A DNA stretch of 59,042 bases, the filler included. It is 5 parts of 5 records of this genome, joined end to end, with 100 filler letters (N's around TTAATTAATTAA, not from the genome) between each part and the next. Parts side by side here need not be neighbours in the genome. Positions count along the whole stretch, not along the records: positions 1 to 21,359 come from SRR31147125_233; positions 21,460 to 37,006 come from SRR31147125_234; 3 more parts are not named here. One strand, 5' to 3'. The translations under genes were made by a program, and so were the position numbers. A model generated the notes under the pieces. That model did no database searches. It had not been told where the DNA came from and saw only the letters and a program-made list of their open reading frames with translations. This document shows, in pieces, positions 15,274 to 25,110 of this stretch. Positions within the stretch are counted from its first letter, which is position 1, and every line of letters starts with the position of its first letter.

Positions 15274-15943
15274 GAGATATTCTTTTCAGTTTTTCAAATA
15301 CAATTACATTGAGCAGTATCAAAGCATAGCCGTAACCAAAATCTTCAATGGGGATCGTCCATAATCGGATATTCAAAAAATGGTGACTACCATAAAGGAC
15401 CACCGGACGTGCTGTCAGGTATCCATTAAAAACAAATATCAATCCGGTAACAAGTAATAAAAAGAGCCAGGTTTGTTTTTTTGAGAAAATAAAGGTATTT
15501 AGCACAATATCTAACACACCTGCCAGTACCAGAGCGACAGATACTAGCAGTGTATAATTAGTTCCCTTTATAATAGAAACAAAAGACAGGATTAATGAAA
15601 GCACTATTATCATAAATGGCATCTTTTTATTGCTTTTGTTTTCCTGGTTTTCATTTGTTACCATAATTTGCCATATAAACAGACAGGCAAAAGGTACGGT
15701 GATAAAAAAAAGTATTTCACCCAAAGGTAACCCGAACAGTCTGAAAGAAAGTGTAAACTGTTCATTAAAAGTCCAATGACTCTCGTTCACGAGAACATCC
15801 CAAATGACAAAGGGTAACAGAACGATGGCTATGCTCAAAAATACAATTGGCCAATAACGAACATATCGTACCTTTTTATCAAAACTGAGAAAAAGCGGTC
15901 CACTGATTACGATTATATTAAAAAACAGATACTCAATTTGCAT
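15257..15943 (-). CDS. Membrane lycopene cyclase (two lycopene-cyclase domains, CrtYc/Yd fusion type)
   Basis: Likely start is MQIEYLFFN at 15943. Two repeats: WTFN...GLPLGEILFFITVPFACLFI and NGYLT...IRLWTIPIEDFGYG. Confidence 0.85.
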   Translation of the reverse strand: MQIEYLFFNIIVISGPLFLSFDKKVRYVRYWPIVFLSIAIVLLPFVIWDVLVNESHWTFNEQFTLSFRLFGLPLGEILFFITVPFACLFIWQIMVTNENQENKSNKKMPFMIIVLSLILSFVSIIKGTNYTLLVSVALVLAGVLDIVLNTFIFSKKQTWLFLLLVTGLIFVFNGYLTARPVVLYGSHHFLNIRLWTIPIEDFGYGYALILLNVIVFEKLKRISHAKIC

Positions 15944-16523
15944 ATTGAACCAACTTTTTTTGTACGTTTTTAACTGTTTCAATTTCATTTTTATCCAAGC
16001 CGGCATTTTCTAACAGAAAATTCAACACATTTTTCAGTAAATCCGGACTGTAATTCTGATAGTTTTCCTCAAGCAGGGAGACAATTTTTTTAAAATCCGA
16101 ACGCGCTGTTTGCTTTCTTTTAAAGAAAAATGGTAAATAATAACAGGTTTGACCTCGAATAAACCTGGCTTCCAGATTATCCGGGCTCTTATAGACACCA
16201 ATATCCATATCCGCCAATCCTTTTCGCACATAGGCCAATTTTTCTATGGGTAAAAAGGCAAACTTGCCCTTTAGTGCTGTCAAAGCACCAATGTAGGTGA
16301 GTGCAAGACCCTCAAGTTCCTTGTTTTCGTTTATTTGTTCAAATAATTGTATGGCTGGTTCTATTTTCTCTTTATTTTCAACACTTTTGTAAAAATAAAT
16401 CCGTGCTGTGTCCAGCAGTGCAAATTCCGCAGATCCGGCACTATCTGCAATCAAGAATAGTGTGATTCCCAATAAATAATAAAATAGTTTGTTATTTTTT
16501 TTATTCAATTGCCAAGAACCCAC
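15933..16523 (-). CDS. Uncharacterised secreted helical (TPR-like) protein heading the carotenoid operon
   Basis: GTG start with AGGAG RBS; hydrophobic signal peptide; YIGALTALKG...KGLADMD...PDNLEARFIRG; overlaps the cyclase start by 11 nt. Confidence 0.8.
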   Translation of the reverse strand: MGSWQLNKKNNKLFYYLLGITLFLIADSAGSAEFALLDTARIYFYKSVENKEKIEPAIQLFEQINENKELEGLALTYIGALTALKGKFAFLPIEKLAYVRKGLADMDIGVYKSPDNLEARFIRGQTCYYLPFFFKRKQTARSDFKKIVSLLEENYQNYSPDLLKNVLNFLLENAGLDKNEIETVKNVQKKLVQYAN

Positions 16524-16833
16524 AGTTGTACTCTCCTGATAATGTTTATATTAAAATTCAATTAATAGCTAATGCTCAATTTTTATATTTTCAGCCCGGG
16601 TTTTTCTTCTAATGCTAACGAGAACTTACCCTTGTTGATTTATTCCAATCATTATCAAACAAACTCAAGGTCCTGTTTCTTCATATTTTTTTTTCAAAAT
16701 CACTTTTTATATCAATTAAAAAAGAGACATATTATCGGGCAGACATTAAATTCCTTTTTAAAACTGGTATTTGTTTATAGATTTTATTATATAATGTGTG
16801 TTAAATAAATTGATGAATTTGGGGAGGTGAATC

Positions 16834-18417
16834 ATGTTTCACAAACGCTATTTTTTATTTCTACTGATCTTCGCTTTGATATGCCAGATTGTTCTTGCCA
16901 ATCCACTCGTCCCTTACCGTGCATGGCAATTCCACAAAATGGATATGGATTATGTTTCAAATGCCATGTCTCTAGCGCCACAATATGATATTAACACGGT
17001 TGTATATTCTCACGGTATGATTGGCGAAACATCCCAACTATATGATGGTACTGACAGAGGAGAAAAGTTGAAAATTTTGGCAAAAGAAGCTCATGATTTG
17101 AATCTGAGAGTGTGGATTTGGGTGCATGAGTTGGACAATGTTCCTGTGGAATTTTTAGAAAATGATATTGTCCAAATGGATCGCAAAGGCTTTTGGCCCT
17201 GGCTGGAGAACCGATATGAGCACGTCTTTACCGATTATCCGGAATTTGACGGCTTGATTCTTACTTTTCACGAAACACAATATCGCATTTTTCGAGATTC
17301 ACAGGTAAACTCGACGCTTTCCAAACCGGACAGATTTGCCAAAATGATCCGCTCCATATACAAGGTATGTAAAAAGCATCAAAAAGACTTTATTGTCCGA
17401 ACATTCCTCTACGAACCCATCGAGCTGGAATGGGTTAAAGAAGGCTTGCTCAAATCCGATCCGGGCGTAATGGTCCAGTCCAAATGCGTTCCGCATGACT
17501 GGGACCCCTATTATCCCCATAATCCCGTCATCGGGGCTTTTCCGAATAACAAACAGATAGTGGAATTTGATTGCTCATCCGAATTTACCGGCCGGAATCG
17601 GGTGCCCTATACCAGTCCCGATTATTTTGAATATCGCTGGCGCTATGATCTGCAGCAGAAAAATGTCATCGGTTACAATGCCAGACTCGATCACGCCGGT
17701 TATGATGCACTTTACACACCCAATGAAATTAACATATACACGTTATATCGTTTGACGGAAGACGATAAAATTACAGCCAACGACATCTGGAAAGAATGGA
17801 CTGAAAAACGTTATGGCAGGCAAGCCGCATTGGCAGTGGAAAAAGCACTTGAACCGACCTTCGAGGTAGTCAATAAAGCCTTTTTCCCGCTCCAATTCTG
17901 GATTACCAATCATTCCAAATTGCCAAGTTTTAAATACGCGGATGGTCACATCTCTTCCCGCACACCAGCAAAATGGTGGCCGGATAAACCTTATTTAAAA
18001 GAGCTTGAAGATCGGCTCAATCATCCTGATCCGCACTTACTTGAAAGGGTATTGGCTGAAAAAGATTCGGCCATTGCCCTGGCCCAGGAAGCTTTGCTGT
18101 CTCTGCAATCCGCAAAATCCATGCTAACATCGGGTCTGTACAATGATCTCTATTGGCGCCTGGATCTGTTGCATCGCACAGCTATCATCTGGAAACTGCA
18201 TGCTGAGGCCTTTTTCGGCTACAAAATATTGAAAGAAGGCCATAAGGTGCCGGGATTAAAAGAACGCGTGAACAGAGCCATTAATGCCCTGTTGCGCCAG
18301 GCTGAGATAAGCGACAAAAATCCTCGTATAGGAGATTTGCCACCCGCTGCCGGGGAGGAAATACGTTCCGTGGCAGATGAGTTGAAGAAAAACCTGGACT
18401 CGTTGAATATCAATTAA
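16834..18417 (+). CDS. Secreted hypothetical protein, possible glycoside-hydrolase-like TIM barrel
   Basis: 527 aa; GGAGG RBS; signal peptide; YPEFDGLILTFHETQ and QIVEFD segments; co-oriented with a GH2 gene. Function is inferred. Confidence 0.75.
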   Translation: MFHKRYFLFLLIFALICQIVLANPLVPYRAWQFHKMDMDYVSNAMSLAPQYDINTVVYSHGMIGETSQLYDGTDRGEKLKILAKEAHDLNLRVWIWVHELDNVPVEFLENDIVQMDRKGFWPWLENRYEHVFTDYPEFDGLILTFHETQYRIFRDSQVNSTLSKPDRFAKMIRSIYKVCKKHQKDFIVRTFLYEPIELEWVKEGLLKSDPGVMVQSKCVPHDWDPYYPHNPVIGAFPNNKQIVEFDCSSEFTGRNRVPYTSPDYFEYRWRYDLQQKNVIGYNARLDHAGYDALYTPNEINIYTLYRLTEDDKITANDIWKEWTEKRYGRQAALAVEKALEPTFEVVNKAFFPLQFWITNHSKLPSFKYADGHISSRTPAKWWPDKPYLKELEDRLNHPDPHLLERVLAEKDSAIALAQEALLSLQSAKSMLTSGLYNDLYWRLDLLHRTAIIWKLHAEAFFGYKILKEGHKVPGLKERVNRAINALLRQAEISDKNPRIGDLPPAAGEEIRSVADELKKNLDSLNIN

Positions 18418-18463
18418 ATCTTTAACATGACTTTTAATAATAGCCTGTTTTGGAGGAGATATC

Positions 18464-20856
18464 ATGTTAAAAAATCAAATTTTGGGAACGTTTGTTTTCT
18501 TGGTAGTATCAGTCGTTTCTCTACATATAGCTGACACTAACGCTCAACCTGAATCGTCCGATTCTCGTCACGTTTTATTTAATTTTGATTGGCTTTTCCA
18601 CAAAGGAGATGTTAGAAACGCTCAAAGCCCGGATATCCAGGATGAAACGTGGCGTGAGATCCAACTGCCGCACGACTGGAGCATTGAAGGGCCGTTCGAT
18701 AAAAACATAAAAAGCGGGAGACGCTCTGGATTTTTACCAGGGGGAATCGGCTGGTACCGAAAACATTTCACCCTGCGGCAGGAACTCGGAAATAAAAAGT
18801 CAGCATCCAGTTCGATGGCGTTTATTTTCAAAGCGATGTCTACCTCAATGGCCATCATATTGGATTTCAGCCATATGGTTATGTCAGTTTTGCCTACGAT
18901 CTGACGCCTTATTTAAACTATGAGGGGGATAATGTTCTGGCCGTGCGCGTTGATCACTCGAATTCTCCCACATCCCGCTGGTACTCCGGTTCAGGGATTT
19001 ACCGGAATGTATGGTTGATTGTTACTGATCCGTTGCATATAGCACATTGGGGTACCTATATCACCACGCCGAAAATCACCAGCCAGTCTACCACTGTGCA
19101 TATACAAACAAAAGTTCAAAATGAGCGCTCGAAATCTATTGAAGCAACTCTCCTGACAACGATAAAAGACAATTCAGGCAAGGTTGTCGCAACAGAAAAA
19201 GCCAGTCATTCCATTCAGGCTGACGACGAGTTTTCTTTTGAACAATCTCTTGTCATCGAGAATCCGGCACTGTGGTCCCCTGAAAATCCGGTCATGTATA
19301 CAGCTCACGTCTCTTTAAGTGACGGGTCTATTGTAGATAAAGTTGATATACCTTTTGGAATTCGGGAGATTGAATTTAATCCGCAAAAAGGATTTTTTCT
19401 TAACGGTCAACAAATCAAAATGAAGGGCATGAATCTTCATCAGGACGGCGGTTGCCTTGGCGCTGCTGTACCCATTCAGGTGTGGAAACGGCGTTTCCTC
19501 AAACTCAAAGAATTGGGCTGTAATGCCATACGTATGAGCCACAATCCACCGGCACCGGAAGTGCTTGATTTATGTGATCAGATGGGATTTCTGGTTATAG
19601 ACGAGGCTTTTGACAAATGGAGATCCATGTATTACAAACAGTATTTTGATGAATGGTGGAAAGCAGACCTAACTTCCATGATAAAACGAGACAGGAATCA
19701 TCCGTCAATCGTGCTATGGAGTGTCGGTAATGAAGTGAACGAAGCAGGTGAACCGGAAGGTACGGAGATACTAAAAAAACTGGTGGATTTTGTTCATGAG
19801 CTTGAGCCCTCCCGCCCGGTTATGGCTGCCGTTCAACCCAGTAGAAACAAATCCATGAACTCCAGCGGTTTCGCTGATGCCATGGATATAGTTGGGTATA
19901 ACTATATGGAACAAGAGTACGAAAATCATAAAGCACGTTATCCCGAACGAATTATTCTTGGCAGCGAGTGTTATCCATTCTTTCACGGTCGTGAAGGTAC
20001 TCACAAAGGATTTCTTCCCACAAATCCCTGGTATGATGTGGCTAACCATGAGTATGTTGTCGGCCAGTTTTTATGGGCTGGTATCGATTACCTGGGTGAA
20101 AGTAGTGGCTGGCCCAGCAAAGGATGGCCAACCGGTCTGATTAATACATGCGGATTTATCAAAGCAAATGCCTGGTTTCACCAGATTGTCTGGAATGAAA
20201 AACCCATGGTCCGCATAGCAGTTCAACATGACGGCCTGGATATCGATCCTGGAAAACCACACTGGAGCTGGCCCAAGGTGGCATCACACTGGACTTTTCC
20301 CGAGTTGCAAGGTCATGTCATCCGGATCGAAACACCAACAAATTGCGAAACGGTCGAGCTGTTGCTAAATGACGTGAGCATGGGTGTACGTAATTCAGCC
20401 GATTATCCCAATTCCACTATTTTGTGGTATCTTCCATACGCTCCGGGACACATTCGTGCTATCGGCCGTAACCAGGATCAGGTGGTCGATACATTTTCGT
20501 TACAAACGGCAGGAGAACCGGTGTTCATTCAACTGCATGCAGACCGGGAAAACATTCTCGCAGATGGACAGGATGTTGTTCATCTTGAAGTTTCCCTGAT
20601 GGATTCAGCCGGAGTTGTGGTGCCCAACAAAGACCAGAGCATACTGTTCGAGGTTAAAGGCAATGGCACACTCATCGGTGTTGACAATGGAGATCTTCGT
20701 AGTCATGAATCCTTTCAGGGGCCTTCACGGACAACCTATTGGGGACGCGCCCTGGGGATTGTCCGGGCAACACGCCAGCCAGGAATAATCCATATAAGTG
20801 TATCATCACCTGGATTAAAAACGGCAACTGTTGAAATAAACACAAAAAATAATTAA
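18464..20856 (+). CDS. GH2 beta-galactosidase (DUF4982 type), split by one frameshift near 18794-18798
   Basis: N-part has FNFDWLF and LPHDWSIE...PGGIGWYRKHF. Adding one A to aataaaaagt gives NKKVSIQFDGVYFQSDVYLNG, continuing into the 637-aa ORF (NAIRMSHNPP, HPSIVLWSVGNE, GIDYLGE). Confidence 0.9.
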
Positions 20857-20989
20857 TTTTATAATACGGACCAGATTTTAGAGTTCTTTATTAGCAAAGG
20901 ACTGAAAACAGGTTAAAGAGATTAACGGATAATTCTCCCTTTTACATGTGTAAAGGCAAACAGATTCAATTTCAACCAAGGGGAAAAAG

Positions 20990-21359
20990 ATGAAAAAAAG
21001 TTTACTATTACTCATTTTGCTGGCACTGAGCTGCTCAAAGCCTGAAATTCCACGTCATTATTATTTTGATGAAGTGATTTTCATCGACCATCACAATCTG
21101 AGATATGTGAAAGATGAGGCGACCATAAAGTCTCAGGTCGTTCAGATAAAAAAGAATCTTGATAAAGCAGCGGAATTTGGTATCGACACCTACCTTTTAT
21201 TCGCCAAAGACACCTTTGAAGCCATGCTTAAATACGATTTTGAGGTGGATGGCATTGGCAATATTGGCAAGCTTGCCTTTTCCTCGGATAAAGAACATTT
21301 TGAGACCGGAAAATATCTGCGCAAGGCGTTAAAGGATATTATCAAATACGCGAAAAAAA
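20990..21359 (+). CDS. Hypothetical lipoprotein, truncated at contig end
   Basis: MKKSLLLLILLALSC lipobox; ORF runs into the N linker. Confidence 0.7.
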
Positions 21360-21459
21360 NNNNNNNNNNNNNNNNNNNNNNNNNNNNNNNNNNNNNNNNN
21401 NNNTTAATTAATTAANNNNNNNNNNNNNNNNNNNNNNNNNNNNNNNNNNNNNNNNNNNN
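21360..21459. other. Artificial contig linker
   Basis: N-run, TTAATTAATTAA (stops in all six frames), N-run; 100 nt. Confidence 0.99.
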
Positions 21460-21484
21460 CTCCCAGCCGGAGACTGGGAGCGAG
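21460..21484. repeat. REP-like palindrome at contig edge
   Basis: ctcccag-ccggaga-ctgggag-cgag: a perfect 7-bp stem at the very start of the contig. Confidence 0.45.
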
Positions 21485-21516
21485 ATTGATCAATACAGAA
21501 CAACAAAATAGAACAG

Positions 21517-22476
21517 CTATCCCTTGAAATCCTTTTCGAATTTCTTTAACAAATCTTCCTTGCTGCCTTTAAACCAGTAAATTTTTCCGCGAACCGCGCG
21601 TTTGGAAAAAGGCGGGATATTGCCGATATTGACAATACTATGCAGACAATCTGCCGGATGATGATCGGTTACATGAGAAGTGCCCTGCCAATATAGGCCG
21701 CTAATCCAGGTGCCCTCTTTGTTCGTGCGTGTTATTAAACCCATGTCAATGGGATCATACATAAGCGCCTGATAGGGTCCCACCTTTTCAGGTAGTTCAC
21801 CCTCTATTCGTTTTTGGTCAACCTCCAGCCCCAACGGCGTTCGGGCACCCACAGCAGCTGTTAGCACAGGAAGCTGTTGCCATTGCCCGTTTCGTACCAC
21901 CCAGGTCAGACTTGATTTCTTTTCTTTTTCTGTCGCCCAGTGATCATACTCACTAAAAGCCGGTGTTCTGGCAATCTTTTGACGCCATTCGGCATTGGTT
22001 TTGCCGCTCATGCGAAAACACTGCTGGACGCCATAATACTCAGGCAGGGCGTTTGCATAGGTTTGTACAACCAAAAGAACATCGATCCCGTCTGAAACAG
22101 GAGCCATATAAAAAGTCCAGTCCTGTTTAAGCCATTCGTCGTTTTTTTCACCTCTTTTTTATAAACCAGGACGCCCTTTCGTTTTGCAAAGGATTCTTCC
22201 ATTTTCGAAATCGAGGCTGTATCCAGGTTGGCTGTTTTATTATCCTTTGGTTTTGCTCCAAAAACAAGGGGAGAATGCTCAAAAAAACGATAACCAATGG
22301 TATTATCCCGATGCTTGCTATTTGTAAATGTGGCAAAGCCTGGTCTGGGCGCTTTAACAGTTATGGGAGAATCCTGGTTTTCTGTTGTTACCTCTTTTTT
22401 TGTCGCATCCTGACAGGATGAATAAAACGATGAATAAAAGACTGATAATTCGAATATTTCTCGCTAGTCGTTTCAT
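21517..22476 (-). CDS. Hypothetical lipoprotein of about 320 aa, split by two homopolymer frameshifts
   Basis: AGGAG RBS and ATG at 22476 give MKRLARNIRIISLLFIVLFILSGC (lipobox). Correcting the 7-base runs at 22395-22401 and 22142-22148 joins it to the 64-aa and 196-aa ORFs (...HVTDHHPADCLHSIVNIG). Confidence 0.75.
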
Positions 22477-22561
22477 CAGTTCTCCTTTATCTGCTTTGGT
22501 TAAAAGATATTTTTTTCAAGATACACCGCTTTTATCAACAAAACAACAGATATTTCGTTTT

Positions 22562-22595
22562 TGCCCGCCATGAAAATAGCAAAGCATGGCGAGCA
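22562..22595 (-). other. Stable intergenic hairpin
   Basis: On the minus strand ugcucgccaug pairs with cauggcgggca (11 bp, one G-U). There is no U tail. Confidence 0.4.
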
Positions 22596-22699
22596 CAGTT
22601 TCTCCGTTTAAGATCCCGTCTTTTCACCAGGTTCACATGAATCAAAAAAACATCCTAAATGAATACTAACTTGAACATCTTTAACAACCAGCCTTTATT

Positions 22700-22843
22700 C
22701 TATTTCTCCACTTTATCGGCAATGCGCTCCACAGCACGAACCAGCCGGCTTAACAGTGTTATGAGATAAATTGTGAGTGCCAATCCGATTAACATAGGAA
22801 TTAATGAAAACATTAGAATAAGACCTTCAGGGAAACCGATCAT
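22700..22843 (-). CDS. 47-aa small membrane protein (not in the ORF track)
   Basis: AAGGAG RBS; MIGFPEGLILMFSLIPMLIGLALTIYLITLLSRLVRAVERIADKVEK*; one TM helix and an amphipathic tail. Confidence 0.7.
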   Translation of the reverse strand: MIGFPEGLILMFSLIPMLIGLALTIYLITLLSRLVRAVERIADKVEK

Positions 22844-22922
22844 GATGTGCTCCTTTATTTTAGTTTTTTGATATTAGGAAATTATCCACATGTAAATAAT
22901 TATTAGTCGTTCAAAAATAAAA

Positions 22923-25082
22923 CTATCGCACATACAGAATTTTTATATTCTTTTTCACATTGATACCTTCCAAACATACAAAATAGATCCCTGTCGACAC
23001 GGATTGCCCATTCATATTTTTCCCATGCCAGGAGATCTGTTGTACCGAGCCTGACTGGGCAGATATGTCCTCTTGCCAGACTTCTCTTCCAAGTATATCA
23101 AATATATGTAAGGTGACGTTATCCTGCGATGGTAGTTTGAATGAAATCGTAACATCGCTGTTAAAAGGATTGGGATAAGCACTCAATTCAACAAGTGAAT
23201 CAATAGCAGCATCTTCCTGTTCGATATCAGTAAGCTGAGTTTCATCCCGGCAATTTTTACAAAAACCATGATTCTCATCAGGATGATAAATAAGAAAACC
23301 ACTATAAGGCGTAAGTATTTTTTGCTCTTTACTTAAATTAATTATATCATTCACTGTTATTGGATTATATGAATAGGATAACAAGTCCCTGATTTGATCT
23401 CCATACCATGAGGTGACAATTTGAGCGGAACCGACAGAAGTATCAGCTTCGGTAATGGTAAATTTTTTACTTAATTTATCCATTTTCAATTTTCCAAGAA
23501 CTGTAACATCTATTGGGAAAGATCCATTGTACTTGCCAACCTGCATGATTGGATAATGTAACGGGTAATAGCCTTCATTCAAGGTCATCAAATGTTGACT
23601 ATGAGCATAACCATTGGCAAAACTTAGTTGGACTTCGACACTTTCAAAATGACTTATTTTTTCATAGAACAATGCACTCAAAATGGTTTTTAAACTATAA
23701 TAATGGAGAAAATATAAATTCCCACCTGAACTATAAGTTAATGTTCCATAAAATGATTCTAATTGTGGAAAGTAATAATAGTATCGAAAATTTGTATTAT
23801 AGCTATATGTCAAGTAACTCATATTATCTAAATCTATCATATGAAATACAGTTCCAGGTTTAAAAAAAGATTTCACATCCTCTGCAAATTGTTCTTTGTC
23901 AGAAACCTGAAGACTCTGGGCTTTGAGATTTGAGAAAAGCATGACCTGTGAGGAACTGTTATATTTATTAATAAACTCCGCTGCTTTAGTCATTAATGGT
24001 TGAAAATTGTTAAAAGATGGGAACGAACTTTTCATAGCCTTTGAAAAAAGAAAATCGATATTTACCTCTGAACAACTCATCCATTCTTCAGAGGCCAGAA
24101 TCACATCATCATAAGCAACGAGTAAATTTAACGAGTCCTTTTCTGTCATAGTTTGCTGAATAATCTCTTTCAAAGAGAACAGTAAAAACTCACCATCGAA
24201 TCCATCTGTATTGAATCTATTAAAATCAATGATAACTAAAAGATTACGTGGATCCTGGATTAATGGTGACTCTGGAGGATACACAGCTAAATGGTAATAA
24301 TTTTCACCTCCATACTCAAAAGTACTGAAATAAAAATCCTGATCTTCCTTTATCGGTGAAGGTAAGCCAAATTCAACAAACTGATCAGCTTCAAGAGGTA
24401 TTATAGACAACCATGCTGAATTCTTTGGCAAATGCTCCTGATAGAGGATCTCAGTTCCAATGAAATCCGGCTTTGACTCCGTGTTATCATACTTGTAAAT
24501 TATTTTCAATGAATCTGTCATATTGGATTGCATAGAAAACAGTTGTGTTGTCGGAAGCCATACTCGCAATTCGTCAATAGATGGCCTTGCAGGTAAAAGA
24601 TATTGTATTTTAAATCGTTTTTTTTCATTTCTCATCAATGGAAATAACTCCAGTTCATAATCAACCATTCCATTTAAATTACTTTTGGATTGGGTTAACA
24701 AGCCTGGATTCCGAACAGGTGTACTGACATCGCTAAAAAGTAATTCGGCTGTCCATTTATCAAGAACGGTCGCAGTCATGATAGAATCACCATACCATAT
24801 CCAGAAATCATGCATAATAGCATTTTCAGGCAAAGAGAATTTCCACTGAAATTCCAGTTCATCATAATTTTTAAAAAACCAGCTTTCAAAATCATACGAC
24901 ACCGTCATATAAATATTCATTTCGACAAAATTACCACGGGGATGGATAACCAGTGTCGCCTCATCAATTTTGACATTATAATCTCTTACCTGTGGATAAT
25001 TGGCTTCATAAACGGAATATTCCCCGGCGAAGACCATCTGCAAACATACACCAAAAAGCAGAACAACTATATATTTTTTCAT
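22923..25082 (-). CDS. Secreted VIT-domain / degenerate vWA protein with C-terminal T9SS/FlgD-Ig sorting domain
   Basis: Signal peptide; VIT-like FSLPENAIMHDFWIW...PVRNPGLL; LTPYSGFL; C-terminal AYPNPFN...IFDILGREV...WHGKN...VSTGIYF. Confidence 0.8.
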   Translation of the reverse strand: MKKYIVVLLFGVCLQMVFAGEYSVYEANYPQVRDYNVKIDEATLVIHPRGNFVEMNIYMTVSYDFESWFFKNYDELEFQWKFSLPENAIMHDFWIWYGDSIMTATVLDKWTAELLFSDVSTPVRNPGLLTQSKSNLNGMVDYELELFPLMRNEKKRFKIQYLLPARPSIDELRVWLPTTQLFSMQSNMTDSLKIIYKYDNTESKPDFIGTEILYQEHLPKNSAWLSIIPLEADQFVEFGLPSPIKEDQDFYFSTFEYGGENYYHLAVYPPESPLIQDPRNLLVIIDFNRFNTDGFDGEFLLFSLKEIIQQTMTEKDSLNLLVAYDDVILASEEWMSCSEVNIDFLFSKAMKSSFPSFNNFQPLMTKAAEFINKYNSSSQVMLFSNLKAQSLQVSDKEQFAEDVKSFFKPGTVFHMIDLDNMSYLTYSYNTNFRYYYYFPQLESFYGTLTYSSGGNLYFLHYYSLKTILSALFYEKISHFESVEVQLSFANGYAHSQHLMTLNEGYYPLHYPIMQVGKYNGSFPIDVTVLGKLKMDKLSKKFTITEADTSVGSAQIVTSWYGDQIRDLLSYSYNPITVNDIINLSKEQKILTPYSGFLIYHPDENHGFCKNCRDETQLTDIEQEDAAIDSLVELSAYPNPFNSDVTISFKLPSQDNVTLHIFDILGREVWQEDISAQSGSVQQISWHGKNMNGQSVSTGIYFVCLEGINVKKNIKILYVR

Positions 25083-25110
25083 AGGAGACCTCTTTATATG
25101 AAAAACGAAC

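Noticed and set aside
18794..18798. Programmed frameshifting or phase variation in the GH2 and other split genes
   Set aside because: Runs are short, directions are mixed, and housekeeping genes in unrelated contigs are hit. Sequencing error is the simpler explanation.
20951..20990. taaaggcaaac resembling the start of a c-di-GMP-I riboswitch
   Set aside because: The GAAA tetraloop stem and the GACGCAAAGC-type second stem are absent.
21404..21415. TTAATTAATTAA repeated four times in the window
   Set aside because: Always embedded in N-runs; it is a synthetic six-frame stop linker, not biology.
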